From positions 1-37,256 of the forward strand of contig JARQWU010000078.1 in NCBI GenBank assembly GCA_040182905.1: a stretch of 37,256 bases of DNA. Direction: 5' to 3'. The DNA comes from Barthelona sp. PAP020 (Eukaryota). Of this stretch, positions 1 to 10,800 are shown piece after piece. The notes below the pieces were generated by a model. It ran no database searches, was not told the DNA's origin, and saw nothing but the letters and a program-made list of their open reading frames with translations. Both the position numbers and the translations under genes were made by a program. How positions within the stretch are numbered: position 1 is the stretch's first letter; the number at the start of each line of letters is the position of its first letter.

Positions 1-177
1 TTCTATGCCAACTGGTCCATCAATGCCAACTGGTCCTTCTATGCCAACTGGTCCATCAATGCCTACTGGACCCTCTATGCCAACTGGACCATCAATGCCT
101 ACTGGACCCTCTATGCCAACTGGACCATCAATGCCAACTGGTCCTCTATGCCAACTGGTCCATTAAATCGTCGATAA
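1..177 (+). CDS. 3' end of a truncated gene encoding a (Ser-Met-Pro-Thr-Gly-Pro)n repeat tail
   Basis: From position 2 the frame reads TCN ATG CCN ACT GGN CCN repeatedly, varying only at synonymous third positions. One base is missing near 145. As written the stop is TAA 164-166; with the base restored the end is SMPTGPLNRR* at 175-177. Confidence 0.65.
   Translation, partial: FYANWSINANWSFYANWSINAYWTLYANWTINAYWTLYANWTINANWSSMPTGPLNRR
2..162 (+). repeat. 18-bp tandem repeat, 9 units
   Basis: Units start at 2, 20, 38, 56, 74, 92, 110, 128 and 145; consensus TCWATGCCWACTGGWCCH. Confidence 0.95.
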
Positions 178-497
178 ATTTGTAACTTAACATGTTTTAA
201 TGATTTTTATTTTGGAATACAATTTCTGACAATAAATCGTCATAAATTGAGACTGGTTTTGAAGTGAAAAAGATTTTTTATACCATAATTTGCATAAATT
301 CTTAATATCATTGACATTTTTAACAAAAATGAAATATACAAGAAACAGCTGAAAAAGAAAACATATTTCAAATTTGTATACAAAAAATTAAAGAATTTTT
401 GAAAAATGATATGAACACAATTCATTGTAAAATGAAATAAAAAAAAATGTGAAGGGAAAAAGGTTCATTGCATATTTTTTATTGAACCAATTATTTT

Positions 498-2588
498 ATG
501 AAATTAATTGATACTTATTGTAGTTGTACGCCATGTAATCCTTGTTTAACCAAAATACAAAATAATATTATTTGTTATGCAACTAAATCTTCATTAATTG
601 TATATGATTATGATACTCGACAAACTTTGGACACTATTTCATTAAGAACTGGTGTTTTTGTTAAATGTATTGATTCAATAAGTGTTGTTGATGAATATTC
701 TTTAATATGTGTTGGTTTTAGTGATCACTCTATTGAATTAATAAAATTTTCTTTCAACTTGAATATTTTTATTGAAGATTCCGTTAATTTTTTTGAATTA
801 CACGATATTAATACTTCGATTACAAGGGTAATTTTTCTCAATGAAAATTGTTTAGTGAGTCTTGGAATGGATAATAATTTAATTTTTGTAAATTTTGATG
901 AAAATTTGTGCTTAATTGAGCACCAAGTTGAAAAGATTAAGAATTCAATTGGACAAAGTTTGAATTTTTTGTCTGAGAAGAATTTACTTCTAGTTGGTTT
1001 AATGTCTGGTGATTTGTTGTTTTATGAGATCAATGAGAAAGGATTTGAGTATTTAGGAGATTTTAAGGCTCATTCTCGGGCCGTTACTTCTATTCAGACT
1101 AGGGTTGTTCAAAACCAGACATTCCTTGTGACTGGGTCCTCTGATGGTGATCTAGGAATATTTGAAATCTGTGCTAGTAAAAAGGGATATCAGACATCCA
1201 TCTTTTCGTTTTTAGATCAACAAATTTTTTGTTTAGCTAGAATGCAGGCTCATGCGGATAGTATCTCGGAAATATTGATCACAGATTACTGGATTCAACC
1301 AATCATTATCACAATTGGACTGGATAGAATTTGTCATTTTTGGGGTATAACGATGGATGTTTGGGGCTCTATTCTAACATTGGGACAATTTGGTGCTATT
1401 GGAGTTGGGTTCATTGGTGGTATCTATTTGGCAAATGACGATTTCTATTTGTTTGCTAATGATGCCAACGGTACAGTTAGTACTTATCTGATTGATGTTG
1501 ATGCTTCAATTGATATCGAAGGTTTATTTCTCAACTCAACAGCCGTTCAATCTCTTGTTGGACACAAGGACATCATTACACAAATTATGTTTTATGACGA
1601 TTTGATTGTTTCTGCATCTGTTGATACCACGTTGAGAATTCATGGGATGTCGAAATTTGGATTTGTTGAGTTAGGGAGACCTTTGACACATGGATATTCA
1701 ATACGAGGCATTATTGATTTTGGAAATTTCAAATTTGGAATTTTTGCTGAAGAAACTGCATTCAGAATTTATGAAGCAACAGCTATATTTTTACAAACAG
1801 TTAATAATTTAACAAACAAAGAATTAGATACAAAAAATAGACCTTATGCAGGGCTAGTATTACCTCTGGCATTATCGACAAAAGTAGTGGGAGAAAAGAG
1901 TGGAATGAAAGCCTTAGTTACTCCTGGCTCAGAAGAGCAATTGGAAAAGACAATTTGGCCTGAAAAGGATAGATTGTATGGTCATCACAGTACTATAGTT
2001 GCTGCTATTTACATTGATAACCATTTATACGCAATTGATGAAGGTAGTAGTCGTTTTTCATCAGTTTTGAATGTTTGGGAATTAAACACAAACAAACCTA
2101 TATATCAAACAGAATCTAAAATTCGAAATGCTTTGTCATTGGTCAAATCAGAAGATTTTTTATTTATCATTGGCGCAAATAGGATTGAGAGAAGAAGTTT
2201 AGCAAATCTGGAAGATTTTGATGCTTTTGATATCGAAACCATTTTCATCAAAGATGATTTCAACGGAAATCATTTGGCAAGTTTTGATGAAATTTCAGAT
2301 CAATTATTTATTTGTGGTGGTGATAAATTGATTGTCTTCAATAACAATGATTTAACTATTCGAAATTATTCATTCTGTAAAGCAACTTCTGTTAGTGTAA
2401 ATTTTGAAAAAAGTAAAATTTATGTTGGTACTTTGGATGGTGAATTATTAGTGTTAAACACAAATGATTTAACTCAAATTATTGAACAATTTAAATATTC
2501 TAATTGTCCCATTACAGCTATTAATTACAATAAGGAATTATTATCTTTTGGTAATTCTCATGGACAAATATTTGTTTTTTCTTGTTAA
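498..2588 (+). CDS. ELP2: Elongator complex subunit 2 (WD40 double propeller)
   Basis: Multiple WD40 repeats plus Elp2-type motifs ELGRPLTHGY (cf. EIARPQIHGY) and TIWPEKDRLYGH (cf. TLWPEVQKLYGH). Confidence 0.85.
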   Translation: MKLIDTYCSCTPCNPCLTKIQNNIICYATKSSLIVYDYDTRQTLDTISLRTGVFVKCIDSISVVDEYSLICVGFSDHSIELIKFSFNLNIFIEDSVNFFELHDINTSITRVIFLNENCLVSLGMDNNLIFVNFDENLCLIEHQVEKIKNSIGQSLNFLSEKNLLLVGLMSGDLLFYEINEKGFEYLGDFKAHSRAVTSIQTRVVQNQTFLVTGSSDGDLGIFEICASKKGYQTSIFSFLDQQIFCLARMQAHADSISEILITDYWIQPIIITIGLDRICHFWGITMDVWGSILTLGQFGAIGVGFIGGIYLANDDFYLFANDANGTVSTYLIDVDASIDIEGLFLNSTAVQSLVGHKDIITQIMFYDDLIVSASVDTTLRIHGMSKFGFVELGRPLTHGYSIRGIIDFGNFKFGIFAEETAFRIYEATAIFLQTVNNLTNKELDTKNRPYAGLVLPLALSTKVVGEKSGMKALVTPGSEEQLEKTIWPEKDRLYGHHSTIVAAIYIDNHLYAIDEGSSRFSSVLNVWELNTNKPIYQTESKIRNALSLVKSEDFLFIIGANRIERRSLANLEDFDAFDIETIFIKDDFNGNHLASFDEISDQLFICGGDKLIVFNNNDLTIRNYSFCKATSVSVNFEKSKIYVGTLDGELLVLNTNDLTQIIEQFKYSNCPITAINYNKELLSFGNSHGQIFVFSC

Positions 2589-2710
2589 ATTATATAATAA
2601 ATATTATTTATCATTATTTTTATTTTATTTGATATTTTCACATTGAAAAAGAAAAAAAGAAATTTTATTTCACACTTTTAATCTTTTAAAACCTTTAATT
2701 CTTAGATTTT

Positions 2711-3062
2711 ATGCAATTTAACGATTATTATATTAAACAAAGTGTTGTTAACAGAAAATTAAATAATTTTTCTCAAGAATTATCTAGACATTTTGGAAAT
2801 TTATTTAAAATAAGATTGAGTGGTGATAATTTTAAAATTATTTATGAATCATTGAATATTGAAACCCAAAGAAGTGGTTTTATCTTGAATGATACTGAAT
2901 TATTGATCGACCATTGTTCTTTATTTTTTAATTATAAAGATAAAGATAATTGTAATTCTTCTTCCATTATACCGTACATTATTGATAATTTATTATATTA
3001 TAAACATTCAAAAAATTGTTTTATTGATTGTTTTGGGAATATTTTTAAGTTTAAATTGAAAG

Positions 3063-3093
<31 letters not shown>

Positions 3094-4741
3094 GGAGGAA
3101 GAAAAAAAAGAAGAAAAAAAAAACAATACCGTTAATTTTCAAGAACAATTTTATGCACCTTTACCAATTGGAAGTAACAGTAAAAAATTCAATTTTGAAA
3201 ATTATGAACAAATTTCTGAATTAATTATGGATATTCAGTTCATTCTTAATGATGATGAAAGATTGGTTGATTACAACATTTTCTTTCGCTTTCTTACAAA
3301 TTGTATTTTTCACACTTATGATGAGATGCCAAACCTTATTGTTTATCTGAAGGATTCTGCTGAAGAATTATTATTTCATTCTTTGTTGAAAATCATGAGT
3401 GATTGGTGTTATGTTGATGAAATAAACAACACACTGCCATTAACACCGCCTAATTTTATTTTAAAGAATTTAGACGATTTCACAAACATTTTTGAACATA
3501 CCAACAATGATTTACCAATATTGTACACACTAAAGACGGAGGAAATATTCGAAAATTTTCAGAATAATCCTTTGCTTGACATCCTCAACATCGAAATCAT
3601 CAATCTCGATGTTGAGACAATTTCAAACTTTAAGAACATTTTAAAACTTTATTTTGAGGAACCTTTGTGCTTTTTCTATGGTTACATACATCAAAATTAT
3701 ACATTTGAGATCATTGAGAAATCAATCATATTGAATCCACTGCAAGTATTGTTAACAAAGAAGCCAGAAATGAATCAAGCTATTCTTCACCCCAATCCCG
3801 AATCGAATCATGAACTATCCCTCAAAAAGTCCCCTAATACCCCTAATACTCCAATGTTCAAAGCTATGAACTCTTTTGAGGATGAAGAAACTAGTTTATA
3901 CGGTTCAAAAATGAGCTTGTCAACCCAAAGTGCCTATTCCACTAAACCAACGCAAAGCGAAGACGATGATGATACTGAAGCAGAGGAAGAAGAAACGAAA
4001 GAAGATCTAACATTAGTAAGTCTGTTGAAAGAAGGATATTTGAGTGAAGGTATCAATAATTGGATGTTCAGCGATGTTCTTGCGGCAATTTTGTTTTTGT
4101 CGAGAGGTAACAATCTCAATTTGAACTATTCTTCTGAGATTAATTCAAGATATTTGAGGAATCTAATTTTACACTCCAAACTAGACGAATTTCAGAAGGA
4201 TCAAATGTCCCCAAATCGACGTAAAGTCAGTTGTGATAGCAGATTCAGTACTTTTGATGAAATTCAAGCTTTGGATTCAGAAAGAAACGTGTGGACAAAA
4301 AAATTTCTTTCAAAATTAGCAACAATTGTGTCAAATAGATACAAATTTGACAAAGAAGAAAAAAACATAGAAATGTTGCAAGATTTATTTGAAGTCCTGG
4401 AAGGACATCGTTCTTTACCTAAGTTTGACACTCAAATTGATAGAAGTCAATTCTTTGAGGATAATTTAACCAATACCCAAATTCTAGAATTGTTGGGCTG
4501 TGATGGTATCTACGATGACATCAATGCTTTACATTTGGCCGGAGCACCCTTTTTATCAACTGTCTTACCAACTGCAAAACATGTTCGAGAAGGAAAATAT
4601 AATTTGAGTTTGGGCATTTCATTAACTTCAAAAGGTTTGGTTCATTTTGCAGAAGATTTGTTTATTATTGCAGGCAAAAGAATACACCAAAGAAGAAAAA
4701 CAACATTTGCAAGTTATTGGGAAAAATATCTTGAAAAATAG
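2711..4741 (+). CDS. Hypothetical 676-aa protein with poly-Glu tracts; N-terminal half weakly resembles a degenerate D5/NrS-1-type helicase region
   Basis: Long uninterrupted ATG-to-TAG ORF in an AT-rich genome; function not recognised with confidence. Confidence 0.8.
3062..3091 (+). repeat. (GAA)10 microsatellite encoding poly-Glu
   Basis: Directly visible GAA run inside the CDS. Confidence 0.95.
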
Positions 4742-5017
4742 TGTTCTAACTTCTCCATCATCTGCCGATTATGGATAAGCGGAAGTATAGTGTTGTGTAG
4801 TAATTGTGTAGTGTAAAAAGTTTAAGATTTTTTTTTTTTGATATTTCAATTGTTTATATAATATTCTCATTGGTAAAACAGTTTGTAATATCTGTAAAGT
4901 TTAATTTTACTGGGTGTCAAATATATTATATGAAAAAAAAAGCAAAATTACAAAAAAAAAAATTTTCAATTTCTGTTGAAGTCGCCAGAACAGAATTTTT
5001 ACTTTTTTTCAAAATAT

Positions 5018-6196
5018 ATGAGTATATTTGAACAAAATAAGGACGAATTTTTGAGACAAATAATATCTAAACACGTCTCTATAAAAATTGATGAAAGAGA
5101 AGAAAAGACAATCAAAGGAAAAATATCTGGTTTTTTAAGCAATTGTAGTTTTTCAATCAATGGTGAACAATTAGCAATTTCCAGTGATAATTTTAAAACC
5201 TATATTGTTAACACAAAAACATTTGAATTAGTTCATATTTTGCATGGACATGATAGTTTTATTCAAGGAATTTCATTTTCTTCTGATGGACAATTTTTTG
5301 CATCTTGCTCTCTTGATCAAACTATCAATATTTTTGATGCTCAAAACTTTTCTTGTTTGGGAAAATTAGAAAATGACAAAGATCTAAATTGTCTGTGTTT
5401 TTCTCATTGTTCCTCATTTATTTTCTCAGGTGATGATAGAGGCAATATCAAAAAATGGAAAATAGCAGATAAAACAGTTGTAAATGACTCCAAAATTCAT
5501 CAAGACCAAATTATTGGGCTAAAACTATCTTCAGATAATAAATATCTTTTGACTACAAGTATGGATGGAACAGCAAAATGCCTCGATGTCAATGACTTTT
5601 CTGTCATTCATACTTTCAATCATGGTAGTTTTGTTAGAGCTGTTGATATTCATCCAACCAAAGGAATAGTTGTTTTTGGTGATCAATGTGGCAGAGTTAA
5701 AGTGTGGAGCATGGAAGATGGGTCACTGATTCATACTCTCAACATGAGCAAATATGTGTCTTCACTTTTTTTTCTAACTCCAGATGTACTTCTTGTTACA
5801 TTGGGTGATGGCAATGTAACCACAGTTGACATCAACAAATTTCATGAGATTCAAAAGATCAGTGTTGGATTTGACAATGGTATTTGCGCTTTGACGTCCG
5901 ACAGAACACATTTAGCCTGTGTAAACCGTATGAATGCCAATGTCACAACTTTTCTGATTTCTTCTTCTTTGAATCCATCAGAACATTCAGCACTAGTGGA
6001 ATTGTCAAGGGATAATGAATGTATATTGTCAAATCTTATTTCTATGAATATGGATATTCAAATCATCAGACAATTGATAACCGCAGGGATATGCATGAAT
6101 GAAGAGGAGTATAACATGATTGTTGACACATGTTGGGATTTGACTGATGTTAACAAGAGCAATGATGGAAATATGTTTAATTTTATAAATAAGTAA
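5018..6196 (+). CDS. WD40-repeat protein with a short C-terminal helical domain
   Basis: Clear WD repeats (LHGHDSFIQGISFSSDGQFFASCSLDQTINIFD). First in-frame ATG is at 5018; the track start is TTG. C-terminal ~70 aa are non-WD. Confidence 0.9.
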   Translation: MSIFEQNKDEFLRQIISKHVSIKIDEREEKTIKGKISGFLSNCSFSINGEQLAISSDNFKTYIVNTKTFELVHILHGHDSFIQGISFSSDGQFFASCSLDQTINIFDAQNFSCLGKLENDKDLNCLCFSHCSSFIFSGDDRGNIKKWKIADKTVVNDSKIHQDQIIGLKLSSDNKYLLTTSMDGTAKCLDVNDFSVIHTFNHGSFVRAVDIHPTKGIVVFGDQCGRVKVWSMEDGSLIHTLNMSKYVSSLFFLTPDVLLVTLGDGNVTTVDINKFHEIQKISVGFDNGICALTSDRTHLACVNRMNANVTTFLISSSLNPSEHSALVELSRDNECILSNLISMNMDIQIIRQLITAGICMNEEEYNMIVDTCWDLTDVNKSNDGNMFNFINK

Positions 6197-6605
6197 AGTT
6201 TTGTTTGATTATTGTAATTGTTTGGTGATTTTTTTGTTAAAATAGGTGAAAGAGGAATAAAAAAATGGAGAATTTCTGCTTCTTCAATTGGGAGATTTGG
6301 GAGATTTGGATTAATCTTGAGTTGATTCTAGAAGAGGTCAATACTGAGTGTGAAAGGGGAAAGTTGGTTGAAATATGGGAGGAGGGATGTTTTGAGGTAT
6401 AATCAATATATTTCAAGAACTACAATATGCAAGCAAAAAGAAAAATAAAAGCTCAAAAAAAAAATTATTGATTTACGATTTTCCAAAATTCTCAATTTCT
6501 TCAATTCTTCAAATTTTTTTCTGTTTGCTAAATATCTATTCTTGAGATGTAAAATCTCCAAATAACAGAAATTATAAGTGATATCCAAACATTTCATCTT
6601 GAAAC

Positions 6606-9600
6606 TTACAAATCGGCATACAATTTTTGTTCTAATCTCACTAATCCTTCAGTTACCTCATTGGTATTGAACTTCATACTAACTGTAGCAGCTCTTGATT
6701 CACCACCATGACCTTTGAGATTATTATCCATTCCAATCCCAACATTAAAAGCAACTTCACCTTTCTTATTTGTTTTCATAACTGCCTTATTGACACTCAA
6801 TTTCATATCCATCTCAATATTATCTACAGACAAGCTCTTATTAGAAACCATTGTCAATAAAGGAATATCAACTCTCTTTAACAGCAATCCTTCTTCTTCG
6901 TGATTAATATCCATCACAGTTTCTGCAGTATTACAAAATACATTAATTTGCTTTGGTTCATAACATTTAAATTTGGATAAATGAGCAGCAATGTTTGGAT
7001 TTGCTATATATTTATTCAATCTCTTTTGAGGAACAACATCAAACAAGGATAAAATACGATTTAAATTAGAAATTTGAGCAGATCTTTGAGAATTCAACAC
7101 TCCTTGATATACTGCACTTAACATGACATCAAAGTTTTCAATGTTTCCATTAATTTCTTCTTCTTGCAAATTTTCACCATCTTCATCAAGACCTGAACTC
7201 TTGAGATTATATTGAAATAGCCCATGATTCTTCTTAGCAATATCTTCAAAAATAATGAAACCCCATATATGACCATTAACTTTTAAACCCCATAATAAAT
7301 GAATCCATGAGACCACATATAATAATAAATGAATATAAAAAAATAACGATAAAATGGAATAGAATTCTGAATTAACCATAGAACTGAAAATAGGTGATAA
7401 ATAATATTTTCGAGTAATAAGCATGAAAATAACTAGAATTATTTCAGCAATTGTTTGGAAAATGGTTGTCAAAACAACAAATAATTTACTTTCTAACAAA
7501 ATACTTGTAACCATGTTCAATAGATTAACAATTACAGCAAATAATCTCAGATAATTACTTGAATTAAACAAAAGATCGGTCTGATTATTGAAATACTCTA
7601 TGAAAAATACAAATATTGCTAGAATCAATTTCAAACTAAAGTACATCAATCCATTGAAATTGGTTTTACTGTTTGGAAAATCATTCATAATCTCTGCATG
7701 TGCAACAATAATATCTTTGGTTCTAAAATATTTAACACCTAAGAAATTGCTACAAATATCTATACAACTAATATAATTATTGCTTGGCAATGCTAAACTG
7801 CATTTCTTTAGATTATCCTCATTGTTTGGATCTGGTGAACTCACAAATTGTGCACTGTTAAAAAAATAAAAGATCCCTGCTAATTGTAAAACAACAATAA
7901 CAAGATTAATTATGATATCCAATTGATAATAATCCAAATCACCAACACACGCTTCAGAATTACTTGGTGATATATAACAACAAATAAATGCAATTATGTT
8001 AATAGCCGTTCCAAAAAACTGATAAAATTTGAAGTTCTTTTTAATTAAATGTCGTTGACAAAATAGTTTACTACCTACAGATTCACTTTGTTTGCAACCA
8101 TCCTTACAAACCGAATACTTTGAGAATAATTCATCAAAAGACGTGTTTGATGCTGAAATAACACTGACTATTGATTGATTTCGAGAAACATTGGTACAAC
8201 CTTCAAATATATAGTCTAACTTGTTCCAATTAAACTTTAATTCAGGTATAACTACACCCTTTTCAAAACATAAATGATTTAAAAATACATCAACATTGGA
8301 AAACTTCAGTTTAGACTTAAGTAATTTTTGATTTTTTGATAAGTTTGATTTGTCACTTAAAACAGCTCTATTTGACAAAATATTTTTTATTTGCTCACAT
8401 CTTTGATTCAATAAATCTTCTTCTGCTAGCCAATTATGATTTTCAAAGACCAAATTTAAATTTGAATACAGTTGCAAAAAATTATCCATCATATGCTTGT
8501 TAAAGAATTTGTCCTCATTGAACTTTTGCCAAACATCAAAATTACGTTCTTGAATGTTCTTCAACGTGAAAAGTAATTGATTGGCAGTGTTATGTAGCTC
8601 TATCGTGATCTGTTCCATCTGCTTGTTGTATGCCGTCATCCTGGTGATAATCTTCTTGATGGACGAATTCACTATAAATAATCGGATGATCCCATATAAA
8701 CTTAATCCACAACCACAGAATAATCCAAAGTAAAAAATCAACTTTAGCAAATTAATTGAATCACATCCCTCTCTTGTGACAATAGACAACAAATCAATGA
8801 CGCTCACAACTATGCCACAACTGTATAGCACACTAACCATGTAAGTGATGGATAGATAAGAGACCAAATCGCTTTTCAATGGCAAAATTGCATTAGAAAG
8901 CTTCTTTAATGTGTTTAACCCAACATACACTCTATGTTGATAACCAAAGTCAGTACCTAATAATTTATAAATAGAAAACGGTTCTAAAGTATCTACTTCT
9001 TCATTTCGATCATAGTTGAACACATATTTACTGTTTTGTTCGTTGGTTTCAAAAGCCTTCAAAGAACGTGTGGAATTCAATAATTGCAATAAAATCTGAT
9101 CTTCTTTACCAAGAAATTCAGTTTTTACTCTACTTCTCATACATTTCAAGAACCCATACGCTAATATAATGAAATTAAGGAACACAGTAATCACAATGAA
9201 CACTAACAAAATGTTATTCTTATCAAAGCTTTCAATAGTGTCAACATTCGAAGTCATAATGGCTAAAGCACGGAAGAAATAAAACATGATCATAAACAAT
9301 GCTAGGGTCTCAAATATCAATGCAAAAATACCTCCAAAAAATAATGCTCCACTTCCATACAACCTATTTATCCACTGGACAAATCCCATGTACTCTGTTG
9401 AAGTGATGTTTTCATCGATAGCCACAACATTATCGTTGAATTCATCATCTACATCCAAAACATCTCTTTCGCTTCGAATATCAGTAGTATGTCCTCTATC
9501 AACATCAATTTCAATATTTTCTTCATCTTCAAGCTCACAAAAATCTTCCTTAGCATACCATAAACCTTTGGTTGATTTCATAAACCCTGTAATCACAACA

Positions 9601-10559
9601 ATACAGAACAATATAAAAAGAACACCCAAAAAGTTGAATATCTTAGCCCAATTTAACAACCATTCACTGGATTCACTTGCAGGCTCATAAACAACAAAAA
9701 GATACAACGATAGAATCCCAACGATAAACATTACAAACCAAAGATTTGAAGAAGCAGACATTTGAGTTCTTTGATAGTCCTTTAATGGAAGTTTGTCCTT
9801 TTTTAGATGTCTTTCTATGCTTATAGGAATTACAGACCTTAAATCCAAAGCATCAATCTTTTGACTCATCTGGTTGTCATGCTTTACATCACCTTTTTTC
9901 TTTTTAAAGCTCGTTTGAATCAATAAAGGTTTCTCAAACGTTTTAAAATTTTCTTCAAAAGAAATTTTTTCGGGTTCCTCATTTAATCCTTCAACACTTT
10001 CTATATCAGTACTTAGCGTCGAAAACCCATCAAAATCTCTTTCTGTATCCAACAATATTATAGATGATCGACGATTACGATTGTGACCAACATCAGAAAA
10101 AACAGGAAGATCACCAACAACTTCAGTTTCCGTTTCATCAAAATCACCACCTCGATTTTCAATAAAAAAATCATCTCCAAGACTGCTACTGCCATTGGAA
10201 TTGTTCACAGAAAGTCTTAAAGAAATTTCACTTTCATTTTCCTCGGAAACAACATTCTCAACACCATTATCAATATCATTAGGTGATCCAATAGGTGGTT
10301 CTTCTTGTGGTCCTGTTTGTGGAATTCTTCTTTGAGAATCTTCTTGTTCAATAGGAGCTTGATTCTCATTTGGATTTTCTGCAGTGATATTAGAATTGTC
10401 AGCATTTAATGAGTCTTCTTGTGATCTGTCAGTGTTTTGAAAACTGTGTCTAAATGCAAAACCATTCCTTTCTCCATTTGTGTTGTTCGAAATTTCAATT
10501 TCATGTTCATTATTAGGAATTAAACCATTGTCTGAATCATTATCTGAATGGTCAGACAT
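6606..10559 (-). CDS. Large multi-pass membrane protein: acidic disordered N-terminus and C-terminal DUF2589-like domain
   Basis: ATG at 10559 (MSDHSDN). Many hydrophobic segments in clusters. The last ~175 aa match the DUF2589 pattern by eye (see findings). Confidence 0.85.
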   Translation of the reverse strand: MSDHSDNDSDNGLIPNNEHEIEISNNTNGERNGFAFRHSFQNTDRSQEDSLNADNSNITAENPNENQAPIEQEDSQRRIPQTGPQEEPPIGSPNDIDNGVENVVSEENESEISLRLSVNNSNGSSSLGDDFFIENRGGDFDETETEVVGDLPVFSDVGHNRNRRSSIILLDTERDFDGFSTLSTDIESVEGLNEEPEKISFEENFKTFEKPLLIQTSFKKKKGDVKHDNQMSQKIDALDLRSVIPISIERHLKKDKLPLKDYQRTQMSASSNLWFVMFIVGILSLYLFVVYEPASESSEWLLNWAKIFNFLGVLFILFCIVVITGFMKSTKGLWYAKEDFCELEDEENIEIDVDRGHTTDIRSERDVLDVDDEFNDNVVAIDENITSTEYMGFVQWINRLYGSGALFFGGIFALIFETLALFMIMFYFFRALAIMTSNVDTIESFDKNNILLVFIVITVFLNFIILAYGFLKCMRSRVKTEFLGKEDQILLQLLNSTRSLKAFETNEQNSKYVFNYDRNEEVDTLEPFSIYKLLGTDFGYQHRVYVGLNTLKKLSNAILPLKSDLVSYLSITYMVSVLYSCGIVVSVIDLLSIVTREGCDSINLLKLIFYFGLFCGCGLSLYGIIRLFIVNSSIKKIITRMTAYNKQMEQITIELHNTANQLLFTLKNIQERNFDVWQKFNEDKFFNKHMMDNFLQLYSNLNLVFENHNWLAEEDLLNQRCEQIKNILSNRAVLSDKSNLSKNQKLLKSKLKFSNVDVFLNHLCFEKGVVIPELKFNWNKLDYIFEGCTNVSRNQSIVSVISASNTSFDELFSKYSVCKDGCKQSESVGSKLFCQRHLIKKNFKFYQFFGTAINIIAFICCYISPSNSEACVGDLDYYQLDIIINLVIVVLQLAGIFYFFNSAQFVSSPDPNNEDNLKKCSLALPSNNYISCIDICSNFLGVKYFRTKDIIVAHAEIMNDFPNSKTNFNGLMYFSLKLILAIFVFFIEYFNNQTDLLFNSSNYLRLFAVIVNLLNMVTSILLESKLFVVLTTIFQTIAEIILVIFMLITRKYYLSPIFSSMVNSEFYSILSLFFYIHLLLYVVSWIHLLWGLKVNGHIWGFIIFEDIAKKNHGLFQYNLKSSGLDEDGENLQEEEINGNIENFDVMLSAVYQGVLNSQRSAQISNLNRILSLFDVVPQKRLNKYIANPNIAAHLSKFKCYEPKQINVFCNTAETVMDINHEEEGLLLKRVDIPLLTMVSNKSLSVDNIEMDMKLSVNKAVMKTNKKGEVAFNVGIGMDNNLKGHGGESRAATVSMKFNTNEVTEGLVRLEQKLYADL

Positions 10560-10800
10560 TAGGAATAAAATGAAATGAAAGTTTGAAAATATTTTTTTTT
10601 TATCATGACAATAAAACAATTTTTGAACTTAGAGGCTAATTTGACATAAAATAATCAACAAAAGGCATGATGTCATTTTCCATTTTGTCAAAAAAATCCA
10701 ATTTTCAATAGGCATTAATACACAAATTGTCAAAGCTAAAAAAATAAATAGCCAAAAAATCAAGACTAACATTTACAAATAACACTTTGGAATGAAAAAA

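Noticed and set aside
1..165. CRISPR-like or telomeric array
   Set aside because: Units abut with no unique spacers and vary only at codon third positions, so it is a coding minisatellite.
6265..6402. 45-codon G-rich ORF (MENFCFFNWEIWEIW...)
   Set aside because: Short, with no recognisable motif and no supporting intron of the local type.
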